From positions 11,803,815 to 11,867,814 of the forward strand of contig MU054323.1 of NCBI GenBank assembly GCA_013239625.1: a stretch of DNA of 64,000 bases, read 5' to 3'. The notes below the pieces were generated by a model. The model worked only from the letters and a program-made list of their open reading frames with translations, had not been told where the DNA came from and searched no databases. Positions 46,091 through 60,154 of the stretch are shown here, piece after piece; position 1 is the first letter of the stretch; every line of letters starts with the position of its first letter. Made by a program: the position numbers and the translations under genes. The DNA comes from Lama guanicoe. Lineage: Eukaryota.

Positions 46091-49000
46091 GGTGCTGGTG
46101 TTACCTGATCATCTGATCCCTCAAAAAGGGGAAGATAAAACCTCGCTCTCCCTGGGGAACAGTGCTATCTTATGTGTGTAGCCTGAGCTGGAGGGACGCT
46201 TATCTCATCAAGTTGTTTGCAGAGGTGAAAGTGATGCTTCTACTACTGAAGACATCACTCCCCTGCCTCCCTCAAAGAGCTTAGCATAGGGGAAGCCCTC
46301 ATCCCAGAGGGAGGTATGGCAGGTGTAAAGCAGGGCTCCAGAATTCACTTTCCAGTAAGATGGAGCAGACAAAAAGTGGAGCAGAAATGGAGGAATCTGC
46401 TGAAAGGTTCGGTACCCTGTCTTTCAGCCCGAGGGCAGTCCTTTCTCACAGCCTCACAGAGTTCCTGGCCAGGCTGTAGATAAGAAGTTTTTGGTTGGAA
46501 ACAATGGTGGAAATCAAACAGCCCAGAAAAGCTGGGCACTCTTGCCAGCCCATCTCAAGATTCCGCTGAGCTCTCAGACCTCATGCAGAACCCTGAGGAT
46601 GGTCCAGGATTTGCCTTTATTAGAATTCTTTATGCTGAAAGGTCGGGGTAGACTCCCCAGCCACCACTTTGCCTGGGCAAAGGTCCAGGTAGATCACAGT
46701 CATGGGAGGGATGGGGGTGGAACAGCAGCAAGAGAACCCCTCCCTGCAGCATCTTGAGCTTCCTGGATCCCTTCCAGGAGCCTCACCCCAGACCTGCAGG
46801 CTGAGGCCTGCAAAGTATTCTGCGGCAGACTGCAGGGGACCCCCAGGCAAGCCGCTGAGATGCCGTCAGCTCCAGGCAGGAGCTGCAGCACCGTAGTCCA
46901 CTGCTCAGTGCTTTGTGATGCTGCTTCTGAGTAACAGATGGCAGACGGTTACACAACACCACCGCCAAGCTTTAGAGATGGTGCAACCCCACACTGCCTG
47001 CTGCTGAGGGTGTAAGGTGCTTTGTGCTGTTTGGCATCTGGGGAAACCAAGGTCCTGGGTCTCCCATGGCAGCCCTATGCAGGGCCTGCAATGCCTAGGA
47101 GAGCAGGGCTTGCCTTTCAAGGAGCTTGCTTCTTGAATCATTATTTTTTCAAGTGGAGAAGATTCCCTGGGCCAACGAAAACTGTCAAAGGAGTCTGGTT
47201 TCACCGAAGGTCATTACCTCATCCAGCCAATAGGCGTATTAATCTGGGTTGTTGAGCCAGTGTCATAAGGACTGAAAATGATTTCAGACGGGACTTCAAA
47301 CATCTGGAAGCCAGGTGAGTCTCCACGCAGGGCCCGGCCCTGTAAGTCTCTTTCAGCCTATCCAGGGGTCCCCTGTGCTCCGGCAGATATTTAAAACTTT
47401 AATAACCAGCTTAAGTAATGCAGAGCACAGTTGATCCCAGTGGGGGATTAGCTATGATCGGTGATTAATCCAAGGTACTCCTTTTCTCATCACAGCCTGT
47501 ATGGGGAGGAAAAGCTCCTAGCAGAAGATTTAACATGGCAGAAAAATGAGGAAAAGAAGTACATTCTGAGTTAGGACCATCCTGGTGCCCGAAAATGGAT
47601 CTACCTGTGGTCTTGATAGCCTTAAGCAAGTCCTTCATTTCTTTGGGTCTGTTTCCCCATCATGCCCTCTCAAAGACCCTCCCAGCTCACACGTATAGCA
47701 TTGAAACCGTCCTCCCTCTGGTCCCTGAATTAGGATTTTTTGTGTGTGTGTGACACTCTTGTTATTGGCAAGTTCCATGTAAGCTGTTCTTCCCTAGCAG
47801 CCGAAGACATTAGAGAGCGAATTGGGTATTGGAGCAGATGTGAGTCATTCGTGTTAGTATAAAAACTATGGAATAAAACCCATTATGGCCCCAGAAAGCT
47901 GTGTAAAGCAGCATATGGAGCAAATGTAAGCTGGAAACGGAAGGAAGCTGTGAAGTCCAGTGCATATGCTCCCCAGCAGCTTGTGCTGTGGGCTTTCACA
48001 CTTTGCTTCTGGTTGCCTTCAGCCGTCCTCCTGTCACTCTCGCTCAGCTCTCTGCAGAGGCTGCCGCCTTTTGTTCCTTTTGGATCCAAGTCCCGCATCC
48101 CTCCTCTCTGCCCACTGCGTGACTTCAGTCAGGATGTGTGTGCGTGTGTGTGTCTTCCATCCGCGTGCTGATCAGACCTGCCACCACCAGCGAGATGCCC
48201 TCTGTGCCCAGCCTAATGAGATTTCACCCACAGAGGTCCGACAGCTTTCTGGGGAGGTCTTTGCCACTCCCGGCCGTAGGGAAGGGTAACTGGTAGCGGG
48301 GCAGAGATGAGACACACACACGCTGGCCCAGCAATGGCAGGGGCCCCTGGCAGCCAAAGGAGCAGCAGCAAGAATTCAAAGATGTCTGTCTTTATTCCAC
48401 AGTCGTACAGACGCAAGTCTTTGGGCCCATTCCCGCGGCCTGCTTTGTTCGAGCACTCCACCTGTAAATAATACATCAGCTCCCTTTTCCTCTGTGCGCC
48501 TCTCCTTTTTCCTTGCCACTGTAGATTCTGTCAAACTGCCTGTCCCGAGTCTCCTGCGAGGCCTTTTTAGAAGGTGAGTGATAGAACAGTTTAGGCTGTG
48601 TGGTAAATGAGAATGAGCCATTACCAACCTTCTTACCTCCCCTCTCTGCCACATTGGTACATCTGTGTCAAAAGAATAAAGCCAGCCGGCTTTTCCTCTT
48701 ATCTTTGCCGAGTAGATGGGTGGCTTTATCTAAGCGATCTGAGAATCACCGTTCTGGATCTTCCTCTATCCATTAAACACCTCCTTTCACCATTCTACTA
48801 CCCTCAACCCCTCCCTCTGCCTTTTTTTTTTCTTATGTATCACTGAATAATTTGCTTCCTGGAAAGGGATTTATATCTTTGCATTTCAAAAGCCTGCTTC
48901 TTCCTGTCATTATTTGAAATGCCCCCAAACTTTCTTTGTTCCTCACCCAAATGCCAAATGTAAAACTCACTATTGCTGCAGTGATACGCCTGTGCTGATT

Positions 49001-52000
49001 GTGAAAGTGGTTTGATCTTCAGTGGTGGTGTCCTGCAGTGACCTGAGCCATGGACCACCCTGCCCCCCATGGAAAATGTCAAGTTCCAGCAGCATGAAGG
49101 GGTGACCCAATTAGCTTAAAGAAATGTAGAGGAAAATTCTTTAAGCTGAATTACCTAGCAGGGCCTCTGAAAGAGAAGAGCACAAACAGAAGAAGGATTG
49201 AAGGGATCCAAAGACAGAGATCATTTATTCCCCAGAACCCAGATTTCAGACAGCCATGTCTGATAGCCACCTGCATCATCTCCGACAGTCAAAAAGAGTC
49301 CTTCTTGGTCGGCTTAAGTTTAGAGGCATCAGTGAAAGGTAGAAGGGAGAAAGAGAGCTCAAATTCTGGAAGGAACAGAACCATGGAGGGTCCTCTCCAA
49401 TCTGGCAGGAATTTCAACAGTGAGAAGAGCCAAACACACGCCAAGGGGGGAAATGAGACAAACCTGGTTCCCAGGACAACCTGCTGCAGCCAATGGTCAA
49501 TTTAGAAGTAATCAAGTCATTGGTGGATGTAGCACACTGAGCAGGGCAACCACACCTCCCAGTTTGCTTAGGTCAGTCCTGGCTTCCTATTCCTGGCATA
49601 AGTATTAATAGTGCCCCCTTTCACTTTCAAGAAATTCTTATTTTTATACAGTAAATTAGATGGCCACTCTAATGGACAGGAGGACTTCCAATGATGTTGC
49701 TAAAAGGAAGATTGAGTTTCTTAAGTGACTAAATGGTCTTTGCCATTCAAGTTCTTTTGTGTGTGCACTGAGTTTGGGGTAGTCTGGATGTTCCTGTGGG
49801 GCACTATTCTGAGTGGATGATACTCAAGACATTAATTCCAAGTAGAGATAATATAGACAAATTGAGCTAGCTTTAAATAGGAAATAATTGTGTTGCCCAT
49901 ATCAGTTAATGGCTAACTGATCCTATCCACTCTACTGAAGGCATTTTATCCACCTAGGAGGATCTCAGGAAGCAGCCAGATTGCTGGCACAGGTGTCTCT
50001 TCAAAGGGCAGAGAGTAGCTGTCATCAGACTCTAATTGTCCTTCCAATCACCTCTTCCTCTACCCATTTCCCTTCATTGGCCTTGAATGAGCGAAATGGG
50101 ATGGGGTCAGGGAAACAATAGCATAAACACAATGAACGCAATGAAAACAATGGAATCGATATTCACCCTTCTTTTTGAAGACACAGTGGGAAGCACTGGG
50201 GTCCAGGTAGGACTCACAAGGAAGCAGCCCTAAATGATCATCGCCAATGAAGATGAAGTGGAGCCAGGGTTTTCCAGCTTCTCAACAGAAGCAAAAATTC
50301 AACTCTGTGATATCCCCTGGATTTTAATTGTTGTTAACTAATTCAATTCCTAACCACCCCCCCCCCAAATATCAGGTGGGCTAAACTAAACAGGTCTGTA
50401 GACTGGATCTAGCCTCCTGCGTGCTGGTTTACAACCTGTTCTTCAGCCTCAAATGTCTTAATAAGCACTGTGGTTTCCTGTGTACCATCATTCAACCAAC
50501 TTAGAACAGATATACCCAGCCAAGACAAACGGGAAATTGTGGATCAGACTATATTAGAGTCAGAAGGCACCTTGAAGACCATCTAGTTTGATGCTCCTTA
50601 TTTTGTAATTGAGGAAAATGGAGCTCAGAACCTACATGATCTACTTCCAGCAAGACGAGTTCATCAGTAGAGCTTGCATTATAATACATCTACCCTGAAC
50701 CCCCAGTTCTCCCAAGTGTCATCTGCCACTAGGTTCAACAGACCAAGTGAAACAGGGAGCTGAGACGTTTTGGAGGCAATTACACCCAGAAGTCTATAGG
50801 TAATCAGCAAAGCAATCAATAAATACATTGTGAGCACGGATTTAGGGCAATTTGCTGTGAGGAATACAAATAAATACGTCTGTTCCCAAGTCTTCAAGAA
50901 TGTGTAAGCTGGTGATTAGGGTGCAGGCTTGAGCCTTAAAAGATCTGGTCCATCCTCTCTGGTGAGTTTCCCTTGAGTGATGATAGGAGTTCTAGGTAGA
51001 GGCACTTCAGTCCACCTGAGAACTCACTACAACACAACAAGAAAGTCATTTTTGTAGCCACACTCTGCACCTGTCTTTGGTTTCCCTCTCTAAGTGCTGT
51101 ACAAATATTAATTAAACATAGATTATCTGAAAAGTGCTTTTAGCATTTGAACTCAACTGGGCTGCATCAGAGGATGATATTAACATCACCCCCCTGTTGG
51201 CAGAATGCTATTTTATAAAGTAAAAACTCCTTCCTTTTTTGCAGTTTTCCCCTAGACAATTTATTTTGCCCATCCTCTGGCTATTTCACCTTTTGTGTCA
51301 TCATTTTCATGAGACAAGTGAAAATAATATTTCTCTTGTGCTCCAAAGAGCCAAATCCCTTTTGCTGGCTTGATCCGAAGAATGCAGGTTTGAGTGGTAA
51401 TAGAAAGATGCCTGATGTACAGTCCAAGCACAAATCCTCAGGGAGAAATAATGCATCTCTTGGAAAAAAAAATAGCTTATACTTATGAGGCAGGAGATTT
51501 TCAATTTATAATGGTTTCCTATTTCCTTCAATTGTCAGGATAACTGCATTCCAGGAAGGTTAGGCTTTCTGTATGCCTTTTGGATCTGGAAGGTAGATTC
51601 AAGAGTGATAAGTGATAAATAAGCTTGGCTGTCCATTCCCTGCACCACGGCCCCAGGGATTTTGAAGCAACGCAGATCAAAGGGTTAAAAAATCCATTAC
51701 CCAGAGAGATGGCAAAGTTCTTCTCAGTGATTTCTTCCCCCATCACTGCTCTTGAGCCTAAATTCCAAATTGATTTCCTTAATAACTATTAAAGATCTTT
51801 TTAATTAAACCAGGCATCCTCTTCCTTGGCAAACTTTTCTCGATGACATCTCTGGTTAATTAAAGGTTTGAGCTGCAAAGACGTATTACATAAGAATAAG
51901 GGATGCTGCTTTATGGCGTGTCAGTGAAGGACGCTGCTGGTTCCTGCTGCAGAAACCAGGACTGCACCAAAGGGCGGTGGAGGAAGTCCCAGAAAGTGTT

Positions 52001-52924
52001 CTTAATCAGGATGAGGGGTAGGGTGCTCATTTTTCTGTTTCCTGAGGTTCAGTTTCTCCTTTTGGGCTTGCTGGGTATGTGCTCGTCAGGTGTTTATCAT
52101 TAAAAGCATGGTTCATTCGGATCAAAATTCACGAATACTAACAAGATATTTTTATCTTTCCATCCAAAATTCCTGGAATACTTGATACACTGGGCAATTG
52201 GAGAACAACAAAGGCCCCCTTTCACTCATCAATAAAATGCAGCCACTTCTACAATAGAACGTAGCATTCTCAGAAGAAGGGGAACAAGTCATATGTGTTT
52301 GCAATCAGAAATCGCTCTGATCCATTCATCTTCTTTCCCTTGGTTCCCTTTTTCCAGTTTTCCCACCAGGACCTCTACTTTAAAATGGTGGAACAGGGTA
52401 AGGTGTGCAGGATGTCATCAAGGAACAGAACTTTCCTTCATGCAAAGTTAAACAGCTCTCAAGTTGGGAATTGAACCCATGACTTTGGCTTTGTGGTCAT
52501 CAAGGTCTAAAATATGCATCTCAAACCTAAATGTACATCAGAATGACATCTGATGGCTGTTCAATAAGTTGTCTGCTTCTCACTCTAAGCCTGGTGAAAG
52601 TCTGTGTGTGATGTTTCTAGGCACCTAAGTTTGGGAATCACTGATCTAATCAATATCTTCAAGTCAAGTCAGTGTCACCTCTAGGTCTGCCTGGAAATGA
52701 AAAAGATGGTTTTTTCATACTTTGGTTTCCAGGTGACTCAGACAGGCAGAACAAAGCAGCAGTATTGCCGAGCAAAAGTGGTTCCAATTCTGACAAGATA
52801 CCAAGCAGGGAATTTAAAAGATTTTCCCACTCACACATTGTCATTGTTCAGTGGCTTGCAGCTCCGCGTCAGCAGTGCTCAAACCATCAGGGAGAATCAA
52901 GACCACCTGGAAAATGTGTTTTAC

Positions 52925-53270
52925 TAGTCATTTCATTATAAACATTTCCAAATATACAAAAAGATACAAGGATGGTCTACTCAACAGCCACACATAACAT
53001 ACCTATCACCAAGATTCACAAATTAACATTTTTGCCATACGTGTGTGTACACCCACAAACATGCATCTATAACTGCCGAACTATTAAACAATAAATTACA
53101 GACATCATGATAGATGACACCTAAACAATAATCCAGAAATACTTTGCCCCACAGTCCCCCAAATTAATAACATCCTGGGCATAACCACAATACCATTATC
53201 ACACCGAATCGAATTAAAAATAATTTCCTAAGATCATACAACCCTCAGTACATAACCTAGTTTCTAGGGA
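52925..53270 (-). mobile_element. Old L1 (L1MC/ME-like) 3' fragment
   Basis: AAACATTTCCAAATATACAAAAAG...TTAACATTTTTGCCATA...CATAACCACAATACCATTATCACACC. Confidence 0.65.
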
Positions 53271-54619
53271 ACTTAAAAACCCAAAACAGAACTAAAAAGC
53301 AAAGCTTCCTGACCAGATTCCCAAAATGTTTATTCAGCTAGGTGATGCTTGTTGATTGACTAATTACAAATGCTTGTCTTGCCAGTAACTGAAATGTAGT
53401 TCACTTTCGGTACTTGAAAATTGCTTGGTGATTTGCATGGCACTTAACAGTCATTATTTCATCTGAGGCCCTTAGCAGTGCTACTCCAAGATGGATAGGA
53501 GCCATGAGGCAACTGGAACAAGAACTGTTGTAAACTGCCCAGGTCCTGTAGGTGGGTCTCAGTGGCAGCTTCGATTCCAACTCTGGGGTAATGGACAGAA
53601 CACTGACCTGGGAGTCTGGAATCAGGAATTCTGGTGCTCCCTCTGCTTCTCATCCTGCCTATAGGCCTTGGAGCATTAGACCAGAGTCCTCTGGTCTTTG
53701 ATGTCTTCACCTGTAAAGTGAGGCACTAAATTGATGGTCTCTAAGATCCTGTCCACTCCCATCTTTCTTTGAATCAATGCATTTCTGACTCCTGCTCCAA
53801 AACCCTCTGCTGATCTCCATTTGGTTCTGCAGCAAATGTAGACAGGGGTTTATTGAGTCATAGGGAAATATCCACTAATAAAATGTTGAGAGGAGATAAA
53901 TCCACAAAAGTCTTCCTGTTTGCTATGGCCAAATAGTGCCAGGTCCCTTAAACTCACAGAGGGTGTGAACCAATAACTTCCTTCAGGAGGTCAGATGGGA
54001 CAGAGGACATATGAAGAAGATTCTTTCTTCTGCCTGTGATGGAAGGTGGCCCTCTGGAGAGAAGCCAGCAGGCCAGGATGCCTCATTGGCCTCTGATGCT
54101 GGCTGCCTCAAAGCAGCATGTGTTAGAGAAAAGGGTGAATCTCTACCGAGATGCAGAGCCCACGCCTCCTCTTCCCCTCTCCTTGTAAAGCAAACTGCCA
54201 AAATCTAAGAGCACATTCCTGGCAAAGTCCACAGCTTCTAAGCAGAAAGGATGAGTTCAGCTGGAGACCCCGTGTCTCTTGGACAAGTGACTCCAGCTTC
54301 CCCACTCTTCCCAGTATAATGACCTTCAACCCCTGCCAGGTTCACCAATAGCCCCCAGAACTGGCCCACAGCAGAGCTGCAGTCTGACAGGTGAGGACCA
54401 GAGCTATTTAAAATTCTTCACTTGGAGGAGACTTTAATTTTATATGTATTGTGTGAATTTTTTACAACCAGAAGATATTCATGCATTGCTTGTGTAATTA
54501 AAAATAAATAATTAAAACCTTGGATGGCTGATGGGTTTTTCTTTTTGGTCTCTCAAAGACAAAGCAATACCCAGGGCGCAGCAAAAGGCTCTGAGGTTTT
54601 CACTGGTGTGGCATGTAGG

Positions 54620-54620
<1 letters not shown>

Positions 54621-54652
<32 letters not shown>

Positions 54653-54666
54653 GGAGAGAGAGGGAG
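54621..54666. repeat. Compound (TG)7(AG)9 microsatellite with a degenerate GA tail
   Basis: Counted directly from the sequence. Confidence 0.9.
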
Positions 54667-55694
54667 TGAAAGCAAGTGCTATGGGCTCCCATTTACAGGA
54701 ACTGAGCAGAAATGGCCCAGTAATTCTCACACAATAACAATAATGCTTAGGCACATATGTGCAGACCATGTGCACATTAACGGACAAGATGAAAACTGAG
54801 GCTATATAACCACGGTGGAACCTGGACCAGTGGTAGAAGGTGGGGGAGAAAGATGTGGAGGAAAGAAACAAGTCCTCTAATTCTCTCTGTCTCTGTCTTC
54901 CTCTCGGCCTCTCATGAACTCTTCCAGAATATTCTCTCTTCTTCACCCTCAGGGCTGCCAGACCTGTCCAATTCAGAAGCATGCCCCATCATGTCACCAC
55001 ATCCCCCACCAGATGCTGTGAGCACGTGCCTTCTTCAAGAGTCCCTTTTCCTCATTAGGAAGCTCACCACCACCAGCAGCCTCTCCTGGGTGCGCCCCTC
55101 ACCTCTGAAGATGCCCTCTCCACCGTGGGAATCTAATCTGGTGCCGTTACCCTCAAGCATTCCCTCGACTGACCCTGGATGTTGAATTGCCATCTGTTTG
55201 CTGTGACTTAGGTATTTAAGATTTATAGTTTGTGAGTATGTATTCTTGGTTGTTTTTTTTTTAAAAGCATTCTGTCTTTGTCCTTTAGGGAAGGAATTCA
55301 CCAGTGATAAGGGCGGCCACCCTGAGACCATAAAGCCCAGTGGTCTCACAGAGGGGAATTAACATCCAGAGCTTCTCTCTCGAAAAAGTCACGCACTCTA
55401 GGAATGAGCCCTCCTCATGGACAGTCAGACGGGGAACAGACTTCATCAGTTGGCCAATACCCTGGTTCTCTCTAGCCTGCCCTCAGAGTGTCTCTGGGTG
55501 ATCTGGTTTTAGAGACACATGCCTACCTCCTGGAACCAGCTTAGGGGGTCATTACCCCTCAAAAAGATGGAACTGGAAAGGCCAAGTGTTAAAACCTCAA
55601 GACTGAATAAAAAGCATTCAGAACAATGGAGGCAGAGAGGGCCAGGCCAGCCTAAACCTGGAGTGCAGTGAGCCCCACTGGTGTCAAGTCAGTT

Positions 55695-56050
55695 TAGCTT
55701 AGTGGCTAAGCTCATAGGCACCAGAGTCGGAGGCCTGGGTTCTAATCCCACCTCTGCCATCAGCTGCAGACTTTTGTCCAGCTCCTGAATCCTTCTGTCC
55801 CCCAGTGTCCTCAGGTTAGAGTTGGTCAGACAGACCTCTGGCTACAGTCTGGGATTTGCTGCTGCTTAATTGTGTAATGTGGGCATGTTATATAGCCCTT
55901 CTGAGTGTCAGTGTCGTCATCTGAAAGTGTCATCATCTGAGGAAAAAAATGGGTTAAGAGTATCTCCTTGCAGGGTGGTTGTCAGGATTTAGAGACATGA
56001 AATACAAAGCACCTGGCAGAGAAGGTCATCAATACACTAGTCATCCATCA
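55695..56050 (+). mobile_element. Tandem MIR fragments
   Basis: TAGTGGCTAAG..GCCTGGGTTCTAATCCCACCTCTGCCA, and a second core ending GCAGGGTGGTTGTCAGGATTTAGAGA..AAAGCACCTGGCA. Confidence 0.7.
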
Positions 56051-56301
56051 CTGCTGCTCATGGCCACGTGATGATGGCTCGATAAGCTGTCACCTTGGGG
56101 GCAAGGGCTGGGTCTTTTGACCTTGGCGCCCTGCCTCTACCACTGAGTGACCTGATGGAAATACTCAATACTGTGTTTGCTCAATGAATTTTTAAAAGCA
56201 AGCATCTCCTTCCACTCAAATGACTGAATTAGTGGGCTCTGGAAAGAGAGCGCCAGCTCCACCCCTCACTGGATGTGTCGCTCTCGCAGCTCTGGAGGGC
56301 A

Positions 56302-56825
56302 TGTGACTTTTGTTCAGCTGCCTACATCTGAATCACTTACTATCTGGGGGGGAATTCCTTTCCTGATAAGGAAAAGGAACAGCCTCTCTCAGAAGAGTTG
56401 AAAACACCAGCACCTCCTTTCCCTGGCTCCCTTGCAGCTACACCCCAGATTTATGCTCCCCTAGACCGCTGGGCCAAATTTTTACATAAGAGCTGAAGAG
56501 ACAAGAAAGAAGGGACAGAGGGCAGTGGGAGGAGTGGCAGCTGAAAAGGTGCATTTCTGGCACAAAAAAGGCACAGTGCTTGCAGCACCAGCAGATATAG
56601 TCAAGCTGAGTACCTGCACAGAATTGGCACCGACCAGCACTGGCATCTAGTTCTCTGGAAGAGTGGTGGAGTTTTGCTCATCAGACCAGTTTGCAGTGCA
56701 ACTACAGGCATACCTCTGGAAGCTTAGCCCTGGTTCTCTGTGAGCTTCCCCAGATCCTTCTACTATTCTGCTTTCTCAGCCAGAGCAACCTTCTGGAGCT
56801 TGCAACCCAGAATTTGACTGATCCA
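56302..56825 (+). mobile_element. ERVL-class solo LTR (LTR33/LTR16-like)
   Basis: Starts TGTGACTTTTGTTCAGCTGCCTACATCTGAATC; contains TTTCCCTGGCTCCCTTGCAGCTA; ends TCAGCCAGAG..GCTTGCAACCCAGAA..TGACTGATCCA. Confidence 0.65.
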
Positions 56826-57534
56826 ACAAGGTACTTAATCTCTGCAGTTCAGTTTCCCCATCTTTAGAATAAGGTTCACTCCTTAGGGACAGAAGGAGAT
56901 AAAACGTGTTCAGTGTTCAGAACCCTCAATAAATACTATTTCCTTAAACACAAGTCCCACAGCTGTCATAGTCTCAAGCTGCCGTGTTACTTATATTCCT
57001 TTTCGATATTTGAGTATTTGTGTGTCTTGGAGATTCACACAGTTCTGCAGAGATCCCATCTTATTGGTTGGTTCTTTAGCAAGAATGAGGTCAGAAGGCC
57101 AGGAATAAACCCTACCCCAGGGTTCCATGTAGAGCACCTCAGGGTGATCTATGTAACCTGAACCCAAGATGGGGACCAGCTCTGACCCTCAGTTTGAAGA
57201 AATCACAGCTAATATCTCCAAGTTTCCTGGAATCCTCCAGATGAAACGGAATGATCTTGGCAGGAATAAATACCCTTTTAACACTTTCAAGAATATAATT
57301 TCTGACATTTTCAACATTTGCTAAAACTGGAATAAGGAACAGTTGCATTTATTCTCTCTCGTCACCTATTTTGCTCACAGACTGATTTTTGCCCTTTTGT
57401 TAAGGCCCCTGCACCTGAAGGATACTGACACCAGGTGGTGATAAAGAGCCGTGTGCTCTGACCAGGGAGTCTTGACAGAAATTCTACATAGCTTCTAACT
57501 GCTTTAGACTCACCTTGCGGATTTGTAGATGATT

Positions 57535-58300
57535 TTGAAATCTGTTTACTGCAAGAAAAGGAAAACCGCTCAAACTGGCTTAAGCCAAAGGGGGCAATTC
57601 ATTAGATGGATAGCAGGGTATCTCACAGAACCCAAGGACAGTAAGGACAGCCAGATCTCAGAAGAATCCCTCTCACCATTCCTCTGACCACGTGAAGCCT
57701 TGTCCCCAATCCTGTCAGCCACCTGCTTCTTCCTTTCCCCCTAGATAGATGCATGGTTTGTCCCCTGTTTCACCTTTCCCGTCCCCCTTATCTAAAATAG
57801 CAGCTTCTCAATGCCGTCAATCTCTGTGGCCTTAGTGGCTTTCTTTTCCTTCATGGCACTTATCACTGCCTGAGCGTACAGCTTTTATTTTTTATTTTAT
57901 GTCTCTCCCTTGCCTCACTCAGGTGTAGACTCTATGAGAAGGGCTGTGTTTTAGTCACTGTTGCATCATCTGTGTCCAGAAGAAGACACGGTGCATAGAA
58001 GGTGCTCAGTGAATAGCTTTGAATGAGTAAAGGATGAACAAAAGAATGAATGAATGAATCCTCCTTGTCCCCCCAGTGTGGTTCGTGCTCATGGAAGACA
58101 TGGATGTCTAGCACAGGTCTCTGTGACTGCCATTCAAGCCCCTAATTATCAACTAATTTAGTTTCTTAGTGAAATTCTTGAAGATAGAAAGAATCTGACT
58201 GGTTCTGTCCAATCTACAAGTGAGTTCCTTTGGAGTCCACCCTAATTCCCAAGAAACTTTGGTTACAGAATGGGGCTCAAAATGCCAAAAGGCAGTTAGG
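57535..58300. mobile_element. Old MLT1-like LTR remnants (minus) interleaved with an L2a 3' end (plus, ~57790-58058)
   Basis: MLT1-like ACTGCAAG..AAAACC.CTCAAACTGGCTTAAGC; L2 CATGGCACTTATCACT...CGGTGCATAGAAGGTGCTCAGTGAATA..(GAAT)n. Confidence 0.6.
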
Positions 58301-59699
58301 ATTTGGGGAAGAAAGGATTTGCATCCCTACGTCAAAAACCATTATGGTCACAGTCTGTTTTGTTTCATTTTTGCATGTGTGTATGTAATAACAAAATCCA
58401 ATTAGCGATTGTCCAAGTTCCCCAATGGATGTGTCTTTCTTCATCAATTCCCAACTGTTTCTACCAAAGCCTTTCTATGTGGTCTTCTCAGGAGCCCTGA
58501 TCAGAAGGATAACCAGTACATGGAACCCAAACTTCTACCTTGATAGATTCATGCAGTGGTTTCCTTCCCCCCTAAGTAAGCTTTCAACCATTTTTCTGCA
58601 CGTCATCCGCTTGGTTATGGGCTGAACTATTTTCATCCATAACTACCCCCACGCCAGTTCTTTCAGTGTCTTGTCCCAGTCAGCTTTAAAATGAGATTAA
58701 AACCTCTGCTCCTCCACTGTGAAACTCTGTTTCTCCCTCACCCACCCCTCACAGAGAAGAAAAGCATTCCAACCAGTTTCCTCTTCTCTTTAGCTAGAGT
58801 TGGATGCGATCACTGCAGTATTAATTAATTAAGGGACTCTTGGTCTGGTTGCCCTGGCAATGCTCACCAAAGCATCAGAACCTTTCCAGAGCAGCACATC
58901 CAGCAGTCAATTAACTGTTTTCTTCACACATATAAACCAAGGGGCCAGAGCACCTGGTGCAGAGATGGGCACCCAAGGGACACGCTGTAAACACTTGCTG
59001 ACTAGCTGACAACACCTCAGCCTACGAGGAGGGTGCTGGGTCTGCTGACTTGAACATCTGAAGACGTTTAGAGTTGGTGGCTGAGACACTGTCCAAGGGC
59101 ACTAGCAGTCAGTGTGATTTTACAAGAGCATCAGCATGGCGCTGACACCTTAGAAATAATCTAGGACAGGGGAAAGACTATAAGGCTTTTGCTAGGCCAG
59201 GCCGCCACTGGACGGGAAGGGGCAGAAGCTAGACCAATTCTTTCTGTGCCTGTCACTTTCATTACCACCTCCCAAGGCAGCAAAGATGACTCTCCACATT
59301 GAACTTCAGTCCTGACAGTTCCCCCATAGCCAGTCATTAGCCCAACTCCTGCTAGGTCACATGTCCAGTCAGGAAGGTCTCCCTCACTCAAGTGTGAGTA
59401 ACAGAGAATGCTAACCGTGCTCATAAACACAATGACCAGCCTTCAGCTTCAGAAAGACAGGCGTGATACTTCCAGCTTGTTCCTTCTGAGACGACATCCA
59501 TGGCTCCCGTCCTGAGGAAAGCTGGGTCCTCCCAGGTGCCTCTCAGATTCAGGTTGAAGCTGCCGACTTCATCACATGCTCAATCAGTGACTGCTTCCCA
59601 CATTTGTTTTTGAAGACAGAATGGAGTGAGATCCCCTGGAGCTAGCCTCCTTGAAGGAGACGGAACTTACAGCCACCTGACCCAGCCAGGCCTCTTGGC

Positions 59700-60154
59700 A
59701 AGAAGACCTAAGTAAGTAGAAAGCATGGGGCCTGAGCAGCTCTTCTGTCCGACTGGCTCTGACATGGAGACGCTTGCATTTCTGCCTCTCTCAGCCTTGT
59801 GCTAGTTCCTCCTCCCTGCACACCTGCTTCCTCACTCAGGCTTCTGTTCCCACCATTTCGGCTTTCGCTTGCCTTGGAGCTGACTCCGACCCCAGCTCCA
59901 CATACAACTGGGGCCAAGGGTCTGACAGATAACTCTCTCAGCCCTTCCCCGTTCTACTTCCAGATTTCAAGGGAAGGATCTGATGGGCTCAGCTTTGCTC
60001 CGGAAACTACTCTAGACCAAACAACTGGCTGAGAATGCAGTGTGCATCCTACAGTCATGACTGCCTTGGCCAACCTCTTCAATCTGGTCTGGGGGCAACT
60101 GCCCAAGAAGGAAGCTTTGGGTGAGGACAGGAACCCCAAGATATGTCAACCACA
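59700..60154 (-). mobile_element. ERVL-class LTR remnant (LTR16/LTR67-like)
   Basis: Minus strand starts TGTGGTTGACATATCTTGGG and contains TTGGTCTAGAG..CAAAGCTGAGCCCATCAGATCCTTCCCTTGAAATCTGGAA, the typical LTR16-family core. The left boundary is uncertain. Confidence 0.5.
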
